A stretch of 64,000 bases of DNA from the NCBI GenBank assembly GCA_012295275.1, contig CM022671.1:14446001-14510000 (forward strand), in the 5' to 3' direction. Below are positions 1 through 13,300 of the stretch, piece after piece. The stretch's first letter is position 1. Each line of letters begins with the position of its first letter. This DNA is from Chrysomallon squamiferum (lineage: Eukaryota; Animalia; Mollusca). The position numbers and the translations under genes were made by a program. The notes beneath the pieces were generated by a model that made no database searches, was not told where the DNA came from, and worked only from the letters and a program-made list of their open reading frames with translations.

Positions 1-26
1 GGGTTCTTTAATACTTAAAAAAAAAA

Positions 27-98
<72 letters not shown>

Positions 99-844
99 TA
101 ATAATAATAAATAGAATAATAATAAAAATAATAAAATAAATAAATAAATGTATAATCTATTGATTTAATAAAATAATAATATAAAGACATAAAAGGTAAT
201 AACAGCACAACTCTCCCAGCTAAAGAATAAAAGATATACATATATATTATTTATTTAAAATACTAATTCCAGTTTCAAATATTTTAAAAATCTCTATTAT
301 ACTTGTTAAAGGCTAAAAATTATAATTTTGAAAAAAAAAATTAAAACAAAATAAAAAGAATAAAATTAAAAAATAAATAATAACATGTAATAAAGAAAAC
401 TTAAAACCCTTCAACTTTGGAAGTGTGTTTTGTATTGCTCAGTACAATCTTGTTTACTGATATTTGTCACCTCCTCTCACCCTTTGTTTCATTTTGTCCA
501 GACTTTATCTGGTCAGCATTGGCCATGTTATTCTCTAAGCACTGATTAAACATGGACTGTTGATGTTTCTTATTAGCAGATTAGTGTTAATAAGCATGGC
601 TTTTGTTCAAAGATTATTCAGGCTTTTGAGTTTGACTTTTGGACACCTTGCAAAGTATAATGGAAATGTTTTGCTTTGGATTATATACTAATAAATAAAT
701 AAAGTGGGATGAAAATATTTTGTTTTGCATCATTTTCTGATGGAATAGTTTTGTTATGTGGCCAGAGTTTCCAAGTTACAAAATACTGACTGTTAAATAT
801 TACAAAAGGATGTAAAATATTTGTTTTTTAATAACTATAAAATA

Positions 845-932
<88 letters not shown>

Positions 933-1399
933 CAACAACAAAAGGTTAAATGAAAAGAACAAATTTCATTAAACAAACCATAAGACTTTTGCTAGTGAGC
1001 CTTTGACCTTCATTTCTCATATAAAATATATACATAAACATGTTGCAGCTATAAATATTCATTTTTTTTTTTATTGAAGTTGTTGTTGTTGTTGTTATTA
1101 TTTATTATTTTTTTTTTTTTTTTTTTTTTTTACCATGTATTGTTATTCATGTTAAGGAATAAACTATAGGTTGCCATTGTTTGGTCACTGTATGTGTGAA
1201 TCATGATCAGATATTTTAGACAGCCTGGTACAGATTAGATGTAAGATATTTTAGATGGTTTAAATATTTCCCGTTAAACCATGTATACAGAAGATTTTAC
1301 TTATTCAAATTCAGGAATATCAGTATTGTAAATCTTATTTTCAATTTGAAAGATAGGCTTTATTTATATATTACTATTTTCTTCAATAACCTGTTTCAG

Positions 1400-4300
1400 A
1401 TATTTTTGGTATAAGTGACCATGATCTGATGTTTACAAAGGAAGCTGAGGCAGACGAGGTTGTGGAAGACAGTGAACACACGGAAAGCACTGACTACATT
1501 CAAAACAGAGTTGGTCCTCCTACACTTACATCTATTAGTGATAATTCAATTTTTGTTTAATTTTGTCAAGCCCTTACAATTTCATAACTGCTCTTTGATT
1601 TAATCTCTGTAGTTATAGTTTGGTTGTTTGTTACTGTGAAAAGTATTATGGATTTAATATTTAAATAAAGATATTTCCAAAATGACACACACACACACAC
1701 ACACACACATGCACACGCACACACTGCTGGCGTTTTTAAAATCTGTTTTGAAAACAATATATTATAATTTTTTTTTTATTATTCATGGATTTAATTATCT
1801 TTGAAATTATTTGGTTTTATGTTCTTTGGCCATTTTGAATTTAATATTCTTTGTTTTTCTGTGAAACTTTTGCAAATACTTTCTAATGAGACAAATTATG
1901 ATTCAGGTGCTAAAAGCTCAGGAACTTCTGCAGCTGGAGTCTAACGTCCCAGCAACCCGGGAAGAACGATTGGGCTCACTTCCAAAGATTTATGGTGAAG
2001 GACGAAAGCAGCAGTCTACACAGAGAACACCATCCATTTTCAAACCTCCACCTCATCTAGGTAACGTTAATACCCACTGAACATACATACAGCAAAATAT
2101 GTTTTTAAAAAAGTCTTTTGTAGTTTGAATTATAATTGAAGAATTTTATTAATTTTTACTAGAAACAAGGTAATTTTAGTGGATCCAGTAAATGTTTTCT
2201 TAGTTGATGAATGGCATTGCTAATTTAACTGCTTTTTCAGATTTGGAGTTTCAAGTCAGATTATATCAGTAGTAATAGGTTTTGATATTGTTTTAAATTT
2301 TAAATCGGCAGTGCAATGTATATTTATTTTCTTAAAATATTAAAACTATGTTTAGTTTGAACACAGAATTAAAATAAAAAATGTTATACTAACAGAAATA
2401 TTTTCTCACTGTTTTAAAGGAAATTATGACCATTCAGAGCCTGTAATTAATTTGACAGTTGTCAAAGACGATGATGTCACCATTGATCTGACGGTTCCCA
2501 AGAAAGAAAACGTAAGAATACAGACTTATTAGGTTTCTGAAAAATATAAGAATAAACAACTGGCAAATTTTTACTTTTTTCTGTTTAACATTTTGTAATA
2601 TTTTGATTGTTTTCATCATTAAAATTTTAAATTCATTCTTTTCAGAATGTTCATTTAGAACATAACACACGGGAAATTTTGATAATTGAAGATGACGAGG
2701 AAGAAGAAATAGGAAAACAATTTTTAAGTATTAAAATTGAGAAAGAGAACGAAGGACAAATCATAAAAATAGAGGATGGTTATGCTGAAAATTCCGATGA
2801 AATGTTTGGAAGATCAAACAGAATGTTAGAGACAACTGAAGATAAAATACCAGGAGATAGTAAGTCACTGGAAACAGAGGAGAAAGAGTGTGAGATGGAT
2901 CACTCACAAACAATGTCACAACCACCGGATCAGAGGAATAGACAAGGAAACATTTCGGATGATGGATTTGCTTCTGAGAAATCTGTTGAAATGACTGTAA
3001 ATGGCATGAAAAACCCTGACAGTCCAAACCTTAATGTCTCTGAAATGGAAAATAATTTAAATTTAAACACCTCATCTTATCCTGACTCAAAATTATCAAC
3101 AACTCCAGAGAAAGAACCTGACTTAATAGTTGAGGAACAATTGATTATATCACCATATCCTTCACTTCCTCTAATAGGACTAAAACCAAAACGTTCATCT
3201 ACTTTTTCAAAAAAACTCTTTTCACCAAAACACAATTCACCAACTACTGGAACTTCTTGTTTAATGAATGGTCAGTCAGAAACAGACACAGATTCCACTA
3301 CTTACTGTTCAGCATCTCCTCTTTCATTAGACAAGAAAGCTGTTGAAAATGCTGCTCATCTTAGCAAAATCATGGGATCTGACAGCAACACAGTCAGCAC
3401 TGATATGGCAGAAATTCCAAAATCACATAACAGATCACCTGGATCTCTGTTGGATCGCACTCTTCTTTCACTGGACCTTGATGAAAGTGATACTTCAGAA
3501 CAAAATGCTCACACTAAACTGGCTGTGTGTTCACCTGGTTCTTTGATAAACAGAACAGTTCTGGAAGCAGACACCGATTTGCCTGATTTAGAGAGAAAGA
3601 AAGATAAAGAATTCACTGTATCTCCTGGCTCACTTCTTTGTAGAACATTCATTGGATCGGCAGGAGAGTCACCTGATGCCAGATCATCAACCTCTTCAAG
3701 TGGAAGTGAAAATGGTAAAAAGGTTCTGCTGAAGACATACGTGGAGGAATCGCCTGAAACTGTCTCTCAAGGCAGACACGTAGCTCGTGTAATGGAGTTT
3801 GTAGAGAATACTCCTGATGTAGGAGACTCAAGTTGTTCCGACTCTGCTGTGGAAGAAGAAACTTCAACATCATTTCAGTTTGTTAGTAAGAAAAATGATG
3901 CTGCTGCTGCTGGTGCTGATGATGATGAAGATACTCCTGTTAAGAAAACCGCACGGCGTCGCAGCGTGTGTAGAAAACGAGTAGTTGAGAGTTCTGATGA
4001 GGAAAGTGTCAGTGAGTCGCGGCCCTCCAGTACTGACCACCTGAGTGAGCAGCAGCACAAGGAGTCTGTTCACATGAAATTGCAGTCACCGAATTTGTCT
4101 TCTTCTGATGGTAAGAACAGTCACAATCTGCAAGTTAAAAAGAGAAAATAAAACGTAAAAGCAGTTTCACAAAATATTAGTAAAGTCATATTCTTTTATT
4201 CAGGATAAAATTTGATGCACCGATATCAATATACGGATTCATGTTGTAGTTTTACATTTCAAGTTTATATCTCGATATCAAAAAATAAAATAAAAATAAT

Positions 4301-5772
4301 AAAAAATAATAATAAAATAGCAACAATAAAGAAAAGAAATAAAATACATTTAAACATATGTATATAATGTTTTTTATTTTGTTTGTTCAGTTGATGTAGA
4401 AGAGGAAGAATCTTTAAACAAGTCAAATGATGAAAAACAGGATCAGACTGAAGATGATAGCTTTATAGATGATGATGGTGTTCAAGAAAGTAGTGACAAT
4501 GATGTTGTGGAAGATAGGGACAATGATGTTGTGGAAGATAGTGACAATGATGATGTGAAAGATAGTGACAATGATGATGCTGTGGAAGATAGTGACAATG
4601 ATGATGTTGTGGAAGATAGTGACAATGATGATGTTGTGGAAGACAGTAACAATGATGATGTTGTGAAAGATAGTGACAATGATGATGCTGTGGAAGATAG
4701 TGACAATGATGTTGTTGTGGAAGATAGTGACAATGATGGTGGTAATGAAATAAGAGATAACAGTGATACAGAAATAACTGATGAAGAAAGTGAATACACA
4801 GGTTTGTACACAGAAACTAGTATAAATACAAGACATTGGCCAGAAATTGATCAGGAAAATTTTGGATTCTTAGAAAAGTCAGGAAAAAAAAATGTATCAG
4901 TTCACTGACAACAGGAATTTTCATAACTTTTCACATTTGCAAAATGCTGTTAACCCATGCAGGCTGCAAATTTTAAGATGTATCATTTAATGTCATTAGT
5001 TGATATACAAAAGCTACTAATGTAATTCATTATCATAATAGTTTTAAATAGCTATGGCAGTCTGCTTTAGATTTTGTAATGCAGCATGTCCATATTTGAA
5101 CCGTTTACTGTTAAAATTGTAAAGATGCAGGATAAATATCAGATGAGTATTGTGCAAATCAGGAGACTTTGACTTTTTGACTTAAGACCTAAAGGAATTA
5201 GCCTGCTGAAATAGTTATGTTAAACTGAGATTAACCGTCTGAATTGCAAGCAGTAAAATAAAAAACATTTTTGAGATGATTGTAATGCAGTGTCTGTTGT
5301 TCAAGTTTCTTGTTTTTCTTTTTGAAGATTCTGATGAAGACGATGAATTTGATGCTCTCCCAGAAAACCTAAGAAGAAAGTTTCACAGACTCATGGATAA
5401 GGGCAGGTAAATAATAAAAAAGAAAACATCTTCTCTTTTGTTTCATGCCACAAGAATAATGATAATAATTTTTATATACAAGAAGTTTTCAAAAAGATTA
5501 TAAACTGATTTAACATAGATTGGTTACTTTAAAATTTGCTGTTCTTTCGGGAAAACTAACATTAAGATACAAAGGAGAAAAAAAACCTGTAAATAAACAT
5601 GTGATTATTTGTTTTTTTAATCATACATTTCAGTGATCTTTATAAAGAGAAGAATCTGGAAGGAGCATTAATTCATTTTCTTCAAGCACTTAAGATTTAT
5701 GCAGACCCTGATGCTGAGAGGCTGGCAAAAAAAGTGGAGAAGAAAATCATCAAAAATAGAAACAAGAATTAA
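1400..5772 (+). CDS. ERCC6L: ERCC6L/PICH SNF2-family DNA translocase, 3' portion (5' exons upstream of the window)
   Basis: GT-AG exons with consistent phases: 1400-1509, 1907-2060, 2420-2511, 2646-4110, 4391-4801, 5328-5406, 5634-5772 (TAA). Spliced product IFGISDHDLMFTKE...DYIQNR|VLKAQELLQLES resembles the recalled PICH segment GISDHDLMYT...YIQQRVQKAQFLVEFES. It is followed by a long Ser/acidic disordered region and a C-terminal TPR-like segment (FHRLMDKGSDLYKEKNLEGALIHFLQALKIYADPDAERL). Confidence 0.88.
4488..4740 (+). repeat. Coding minisatellite of mostly 27-bp units (EDSDNDDVV) inside an ERCC6L exon
   Basis: About 9-10 imperfect copies of gaagatagtgacaatgatgatgttgtg (some 24 bp), all in frame. 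Confidence 0.9.
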
Positions 5773-6688
5773 TTAAACAGCAAAAACACACATATTCAAT
5801 GAAGAATTCATTTTTCAGTTTTGTATAAATTCTGTAACCTACCATCTTGTGATGTGAAGATTATAAAATGGTGTAGAAGAACTTTGAAATTTATTTATCC
5901 AATAGGAACTATATTTTATACTACCAGTCTGATGAAGTCCTCCTAACATGTATATCAGTCATTGTGGTAACTTGTTGTCTCAACAAAATTAATATTAAAG
6001 TTATTTAATACTCTACAACCATTACAACAGCTCAGTAAGTTAGAAAAATAAATACTTTGAATTTTTAGTTCATAATTTACAGCAGCAGTTCACTGGTTTA
6101 GGTGACAGTGATCATACTTGTATTGTTTATAGAGCAGTAAAAAGTTTCAAGATGTAGTTGCACTACAGCAGCTTGAATTGATCAACCATATTCAAGTTTT
6201 GCACACAGAACTTTCATGTTCAAAATCATATATGTAGATGTAGAAAGATTAGAGAAAAAAATGTGCCTATGTTTACAAAAATGTAAATAACTCCTTGTAT
6301 TAGGTTGTACAATATTGTGATGATAGATTTAATTACTAAACAAATAATTATTGTATACTCATTAAATATGTACAAGAACACTGTTTTGCAAAATAAAATA
6401 TTTTACAACTTGAAATGTCTATTTTGTATTTTATTTTATGTGTATATGTGCGTATATATAGATTTTAATTATATATCACTATTGTTTGTAAGTATAATAC
6501 TTTCATTCAGATTTTTTCTCAGCTATAATCAAGACTGGACTGTACCCTCATCAGTTTAACTGACAGCAATCACAGGAGTTGTACATCTTGATTCTGAAAC
6601 TACTAACATGCAATAAAACATGTTTAGTATATTTTTTATTTACATAATGAAATAATAATAATAAAAAAAAAAATGTTTGATTTTTTAA

Positions 6689-6730
<42 letters not shown>

Positions 6731-7281
6731 ATGGTACACTGGCCATGTTATTCTCTAATTTGTCTGGTAATAAAGTTTAAAATAATTTGCTATACATCAT
6801 TGTATTTATTAATGTACATAAATAAAAACCATTAAACATGACCTTTTGAATCAATTTATTTCAATTATTTATTGAATAGTTTTAAACTCTTTTACGAAAA
6901 CCACTAGTTCACCCCCAAAAAATTATTTCCAATGAAATGTCATTTCATTTTGAAAACTTGGATGCAACGTTTTTATTATTTATTCATTTATTTATTTTAT
7001 TTTAAGATGGATGTAAAAGAAATAAATATATTGATCTGTTTGATCTAGTCAGTTTTTAATGGATAAATTGTTTTTAAGCTATTGTAGGACATAAAATTTT
7101 AAACTTTTAAATAATTGTTTAATAAGGATTAAAACTGTCGAAAATTATTTTCCATAATTCTACAAAATATGTGGACAAAATTCACGATACGTTGCAGATT
7201 TTACAGAAACAGTCATTACACTGCGAACCAGTCGAAGCTTTTAAAAAAAAAAGGGAAGAAAAAGAAAAAAAATCCGACTCA

Positions 7282-7290
7282 ACTTCCGGT
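7282..7290. promoter_or_regulatory. ETS/GABP-type motif (ACTTCCGGT) in the probable GLE1 proximal promoter
   Basis: Reverse complement of ACCGGAAGT about 110 bp upstream of the GLE1 ATG, in a small patch with several CpGs. Function is inferred. Confidence 0.35.
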
Positions 7291-7398
7291 TTACTCAGTT
7301 TTATTTATTATTTTACTGACTAAAAGATTTGAATTTTTGTATTTACTATGGTAATATCATTTATTAATTATATTTGTCTAGCCCCTACATTTTAAAGA

Positions 7399-10300
7399 AT
7401 GGAAATAACTGATCAGTTAAAAAAGACTCGGAAAGGTCAGCTGATTTATAAAAGGGAAAAGAATCGTGAAAATATCAAGGTATGGCGATTTAAAATAATT
7501 ATTCTCTTTATTGTTATTCACATAATTCAGTGAACAAATCATTACTTGCTACTTTATTAATGTATTTTGAATGAAGGTTTTATTAGACACATTCTTTATT
7601 ATGGACTTAAAACTTTGAAACACTAAATGAATATGTTTAAAAGTTTTACTTTTACTATAAATATAATAATGAATATAATTAAATTGTAAGTAATGTACAT
7701 GAAAAAGCTGACAGTGACATGATCGGTGTTAGTGGTATAAATGCAAACCATGTCGATCTGTATGAAAACAGTTTATCATCAGTACTGTATAATCGTGTCA
7801 ACAGATATTTTATTGAATATTTTGCTATTTTACTCTGAGTGTTTAACCTCACTTTCACTTTAAGTTATTTATTAGTAAATCAAGTATTTTCCCCTAGATA
7901 TATTTTTTAGAATTTTAGTTTCTAACACATATTTTAAACTCACATCATAGGAACTGCTGGAAGATGCATCTAGTCCATATAAGCTTCGTCACAGCCACAA
8001 TGAAGGACCTGTGAGTGTACAAAGCAACGAGAGCTATGAAGATAAAGAAAATACTGCAGTCAATAAACCAGAGAAAAAAGATTCAGAAAAGTAAATTGTA
8101 TTTGATTTTATATAATTCATTTACAGCTTTTGTTATTTTGAAAACCTATTTGCATCTAAACTGAAGTAACAGAATGCAAAAAGCAGATGCTGAGTAAAAT
8201 TCAAGCACTGAAGCTGTTTAGAAATACACATATTGATAATGTTTATTACTGGGAATATGCATATTTAGAGATCTCCTGATGTTCATCAGTATCATTAACA
8301 AACACCTAATTTAAGTTATATATTAATCTGTAAGTCTGTGGATGTTTATAAACATATAATTTGATATTGAACCATTTATTTCAGAAGCCCTCCAAAAGAG
8401 GAACGTTCATCATTAGATATGAAATCAAAATTATCAGATATATCACAGACAATCTCCCGTTTCATGACTTCAGATTCAAAGCCAGCAGTTTCCCCAGAAT
8501 ATGACCGAAGCAATTGCTTGATAAAGGAATATGAAAATATGTGGGACAACAAAGCTAAAGTTAGTCTAAATTGGTCTATTAATTACATTTTTTTTAATGC
8601 ACTTTTCATTTTTAGGCTTAGGATAAGATCAAATCATGTTATCAGATGTTTCAGCATGTTGTAGCCAGGTGTCCCAACAATGAGTTTTTACATTCAGCTA
8701 CCAGTTTACTGCAGTAAAAGTATATAAAAAAGAATTGTAGAACATACTAATGTGCAGAGAATAAAAAAAAAAGAAGAAAAGATTATTACAATATACTCTT
8801 GTTGTTTAAATAGTTATCTTTTGTCTGAAACAGTAGTGATTTTCAACATAAAACAAAAAAAGTAAAAAAATATATATACATTTCATTGTTTGAATAATAA
8901 GAATAATTATTAGTAACTTTTTGCTTGTAAGAACTATTTCTTAATATTATGTATTTTCATTTTCTTTCTTAATATTATGTATTTTCATTTTCTTTCTAAT
9001 ATTTAAATTTTATTATTCATTTTTTATTATAACTTTGTTAGGCAGCTGTTCGATCTAAGCAATTAGAATTTATTGAAAATTCAAAAAAGCTTCCAAGCCC
9101 TTCACCAAAGTTGCTGCAGGAGCAGGAGGAGAAACACATGGACAGAATGAAACAGCTTTACGAAGAACCCAGTCAGCTGCACATAAAAAAGTGAGTTTGT
9201 AACAAAGTAAAAACAGTTATCATAAATGTAGAAACCATAACTGTTTTCAGCTAATACATGTTTTTTTTTATCAGTAACCTTTTTAAGTAAGAGGAATTAT
9301 GTTTAACATTTTCAGTTGTAATTAACTGTTATTAATTTTTTTGTATTGGCTGCTTCAGTCACCAAAAAGACCCAGCTGAAGAGGTCACTGTAAAAAAAAA
9401 TATGTCATAGCCTGTGAAAATAAATATTTAATATTTATGTTTATCATAAATGTAGAAACCATAACTGTTTTCAGCTAATACATGTTTTTTTTTATCAGTA
9501 ACCTTTTTAAGTAAGAGGAATTATGTTTAACATTTTCAGTTGTAATTAACTGTTATTAATTTTTTTGTATTGGCTGCTTCAGTCACCAAAAAGACCCAGC
9601 TGAAGAGGTCACTGTAAAAAAAAATATGTCATAGCCTGTGAAAATAAATATTTAATATTTATGTTTATTTCGTTTTCTTTTTTTTTTTTTTTTTAAATTG
9701 TGCTTGTAACAGCTTGCTTCAGCAATCACTGTTAGCCAATCTTTTGGGTGATGTAACATCATTTTGAAGCCCCAGTATATGATAAACAGACATAGCATTT
9801 TTGCATATTTAAACAATATTTAAAAACAACATTTTTCCAACAAATAGTGCTTGTTCCAAATGCATTATAAATGATACATACCTCTTAAAACATGACAAAT
9901 CTGTTGGGGTTCTATATCATACATGTAATAAAATTAACTAGTTATGCACACCTGGACTGTTTTATGGATTATATTTAATGGCCAGAAGTGTTTTTGTTAT
10001 TTTTTATTGCTGTAAGAATAGATACAGAAAGTTTTTATTTTTATTTATTGTGTTAATTTCATTTTTTTTTTTTTGTTAATTAATCTCCTGTCTAAAACAA
10101 AAACAAAAAAATAAATGAAATAATTAAACTACAGAAATACAAAAAGAACAAAAACAATAAACAAGCAAAAATAACAACAGGAAATACATCTTGAAATTTT
10201 AATCTGATACAGGAATTTTAGCCAGAAAATGTTGATATAATGGTATAGTTTACTTTTTTTACTTTTTGTTATTTTATATGTTTCAGAATGGCTGAAATAA

Positions 10301-13300
10301 ACAAACTTAATGAACTTAGGAAACTCCACAGAACCCATAAAAAGGTAAATAGAAATACATATTGTGCATTTCAACACTTATTATAACTAACACCTTCGAG
10401 ATATTATTGAATTAACTAAATATTTTGTATTTTATATGACACTGCAAACTCTGAGAATGATTTTACAGCATTATTTTATTTGAGATGAATGGATGTGGTT
10501 GTGTGTGAGAGTGTATTTGTGTATATATACTCTACTATATATATATATATATATATATCCACACACACATAATTAAAAGAAAATTAAAGGAAAATTAAAG
10601 TTTTTCACTTTGTATTAAAATGATAGACTAAAAGGCTAAAATCTGTTCAAACAGTTTATGTTAACATACATATATCTTATAATGAGACTGGAGATGTATT
10701 CAGTACTGTTTATGTTGTTAACATCAGTGCATCTTACATTGCAAATCGAGGTTTGTTAAAATAAATATATCTTGCAATGGGACTGGAGTTTTTTTTTCAA
10801 TACAGTCAATATTAACATCAATGTATCTTACATTTCAATTTGAGGTTTGCTAAAATAAATAAATATATCATGGTCTGTGACTGGCTGAGGCAGATTCATC
10901 CAACTATAGTTTACATTTTTATCTAGAGACCAGTTTGTTACCCACACAGTAACTTTATTTTAATACATGATTGAAAAGTTTTATACATAAAAGATTTGTG
11001 TGATATATATATACTTCAGATATGTTAGTTAAAACTCACAAATATTATTGCCAGGTCTGGTGTGGTGTTTTAAAATTGAGTTGTGCTTTTTCAGAAATTG
11101 GATGACAAACTACAGGAGGGTGAAAGAAAACTACGAGAAATGGAAGAAGAAGAAAGAAAAAGGTTATTATCTTAACAAACAGTTAACAGCTTTGAAAATA
11201 TATGTCAGATTTTATCTTCATATTTAATTAGAAAAGGGGCATTTTTTAAAAGATATATTCTAAGAAATTGCAACATTCTAGAATGTTTATAAAACTGGAA
11301 TTGATTGCAGAGAAAGATATGAAAAAGTAAACATTTTGTAAATTTTAAGTTGGAAAAATTTGTTAATTAACTTGGTCTTTTGGGGTATAAATTGTCAACA
11401 TCTCTTTTTTTTTTTAAATCCTTTGACATTGCAATCATTTACTGAAATATAAACAAATATTTAAATACATTCTACATTCAGTATTTTTCATAAGTTTGTT
11501 TTACTTACTGCTAAGCTCTATTATAATCAGTTATTGGTTTTGATAAAAAAATAATAATTAAGAAACTCCTGAAAATATCAGAATATTAATTTGCTGACCA
11601 ACCAATACATTTTATATTTGTGACAAATTTTTACAGTGGTATTTAGTATTACAATATAAAATTGTTGCATATTTGTATTCATTTTAAACTAATGATGGAC
11701 TGTGTTTTAAATTGGTAAAATTTATTATTTTCTGCGTTATTTATAATAATCACGTAATTAATTAATAATTCAGATTAGAGAAGCTGGAGAATTTACAGAA
11801 GTCCATGCAGAAGGTTCACACAGAGATCAAAAGTGTTACAGCCGAGTTTAGTGAACTCTGTGATGGCTGTGCTTACAAACAGTATTTTGATGTCACTGTT
11901 AACAAGCTGGTTGACTTGATGAAACAGATCAAAGAGATGGCAGAGCAGATAGTTAGTAAGCAGGAAACAACGAACGACTTGCTTGATAAACTGAACAACA
12001 TATTAGATAGAGCCAGGAATGCCCTTGACTGCTTAAAACAACAAATTGGTAAAACTTTTCCCTACAGTATATTCTTATTTTTGTAAAGTATACCTAAAAT
12101 AGTTTTTCTTTTCATTCCACACTGGACTTTTTATAATTGTTATTTTTTTTTTTTTTTTTCTGTAATTATGAGTAGCTCTTTTGTTAGGCCTGTTATTACT
12201 AACAACACATGTACATTTTAAAATATGGAAAAATGTGATCTGTGTTACATTTATAAGTCTTCTCTCAATTGGTTATATCTAACTGTTGATCAGTTCTAGT
12301 TTTTAATCTGTTTCTTTACTTAAATTTGGATGCATTTTTATACTTTCTTGTGTATTCGTAGAACAAGCAAATGAAAAAGGGAAGAGTGAAGAGTTGAGGA
12401 AACAGCTGGAGGAAGAAGAAAACAAAACAAAAGCAGCACAGCAGAATGCTGAGCAAGACGTTCAGAACAGAACTGTGACAACAACTGAGCCACAGCAGCA
12501 GTCTGAACCAGTACGACTACCTTTACAGCTTAACTCTTCACAATTGTATACTCATCATTAGTTTAAACTAAACACAGTTTACAATTTCCACTGCAGAATA
12601 TTAATATTTTTGGAATGAAGGCAAAGATAAAAAAAAAAAAAAATTTGTTTATTGTTATTAGTCCATTATAATTTATAGGCAGCATTTCACAAACCATGTT
12701 TTTCAAAAACTTCTATCCTCTCTTTGTTACGATTTCTTGCTTACACGAGTTCCCCTGAAATAACAGTAATTGATTGTCTGTTTCATCATTAACCAAAACC
12801 AGTCATGAGGTTTCTGAACAGATATTCATTTCTTTGCTTCAGTTAATATTAATTATAGTGGATTAAAAGTTTTGATAGAGAAAATGTTAAGGAACTGATA
12901 TATGTCATATATTTAAACACTGAACTGAAACATTTTTTTTTAATGAAATGTTTGATTCTTTAACCTTTAAATATATTTTTGGTGTACATGCTTAACAAAT
13001 AAATATTTTTCTGATTTAGGTTGCTCAGCTGACAGACTGTGAAACAGGGCAGACAGTTCCACAGGCAGCTAAAGGTACGTCCCAATAATCTCTTACTGCT
13101 AGCTGGCGGGTTTATGATGACTTGAAAAATCATTAAACATTAACTGCTGATAAATAATTAAAAACAAAGAATATAAAAATTTAATCTATAAATTTGTTTC
13201 TGTGTTACAGACTAATAATTGAAAATGAACTGTTTTGCTTGTTTTTCAGCGACAAATGAAAACAGTGTTTTGGAGGAAGTAGTCACAGAGTTTTTTCATG

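Noticed and set aside
8-241. Poly-Leu/Tyr/Ile and (RE)n/(SL)n ORFs here and at 45540-45927, 53276-53461, 54354-54563, 57595-57903, 58398-58929, 60826-61215
   Set aside because: Translations of microsatellites.
4423-4836. Minus-strand repetitive ORFs
   Set aside because: Antisense shadows of the acidic coding repeat in ERCC6L.
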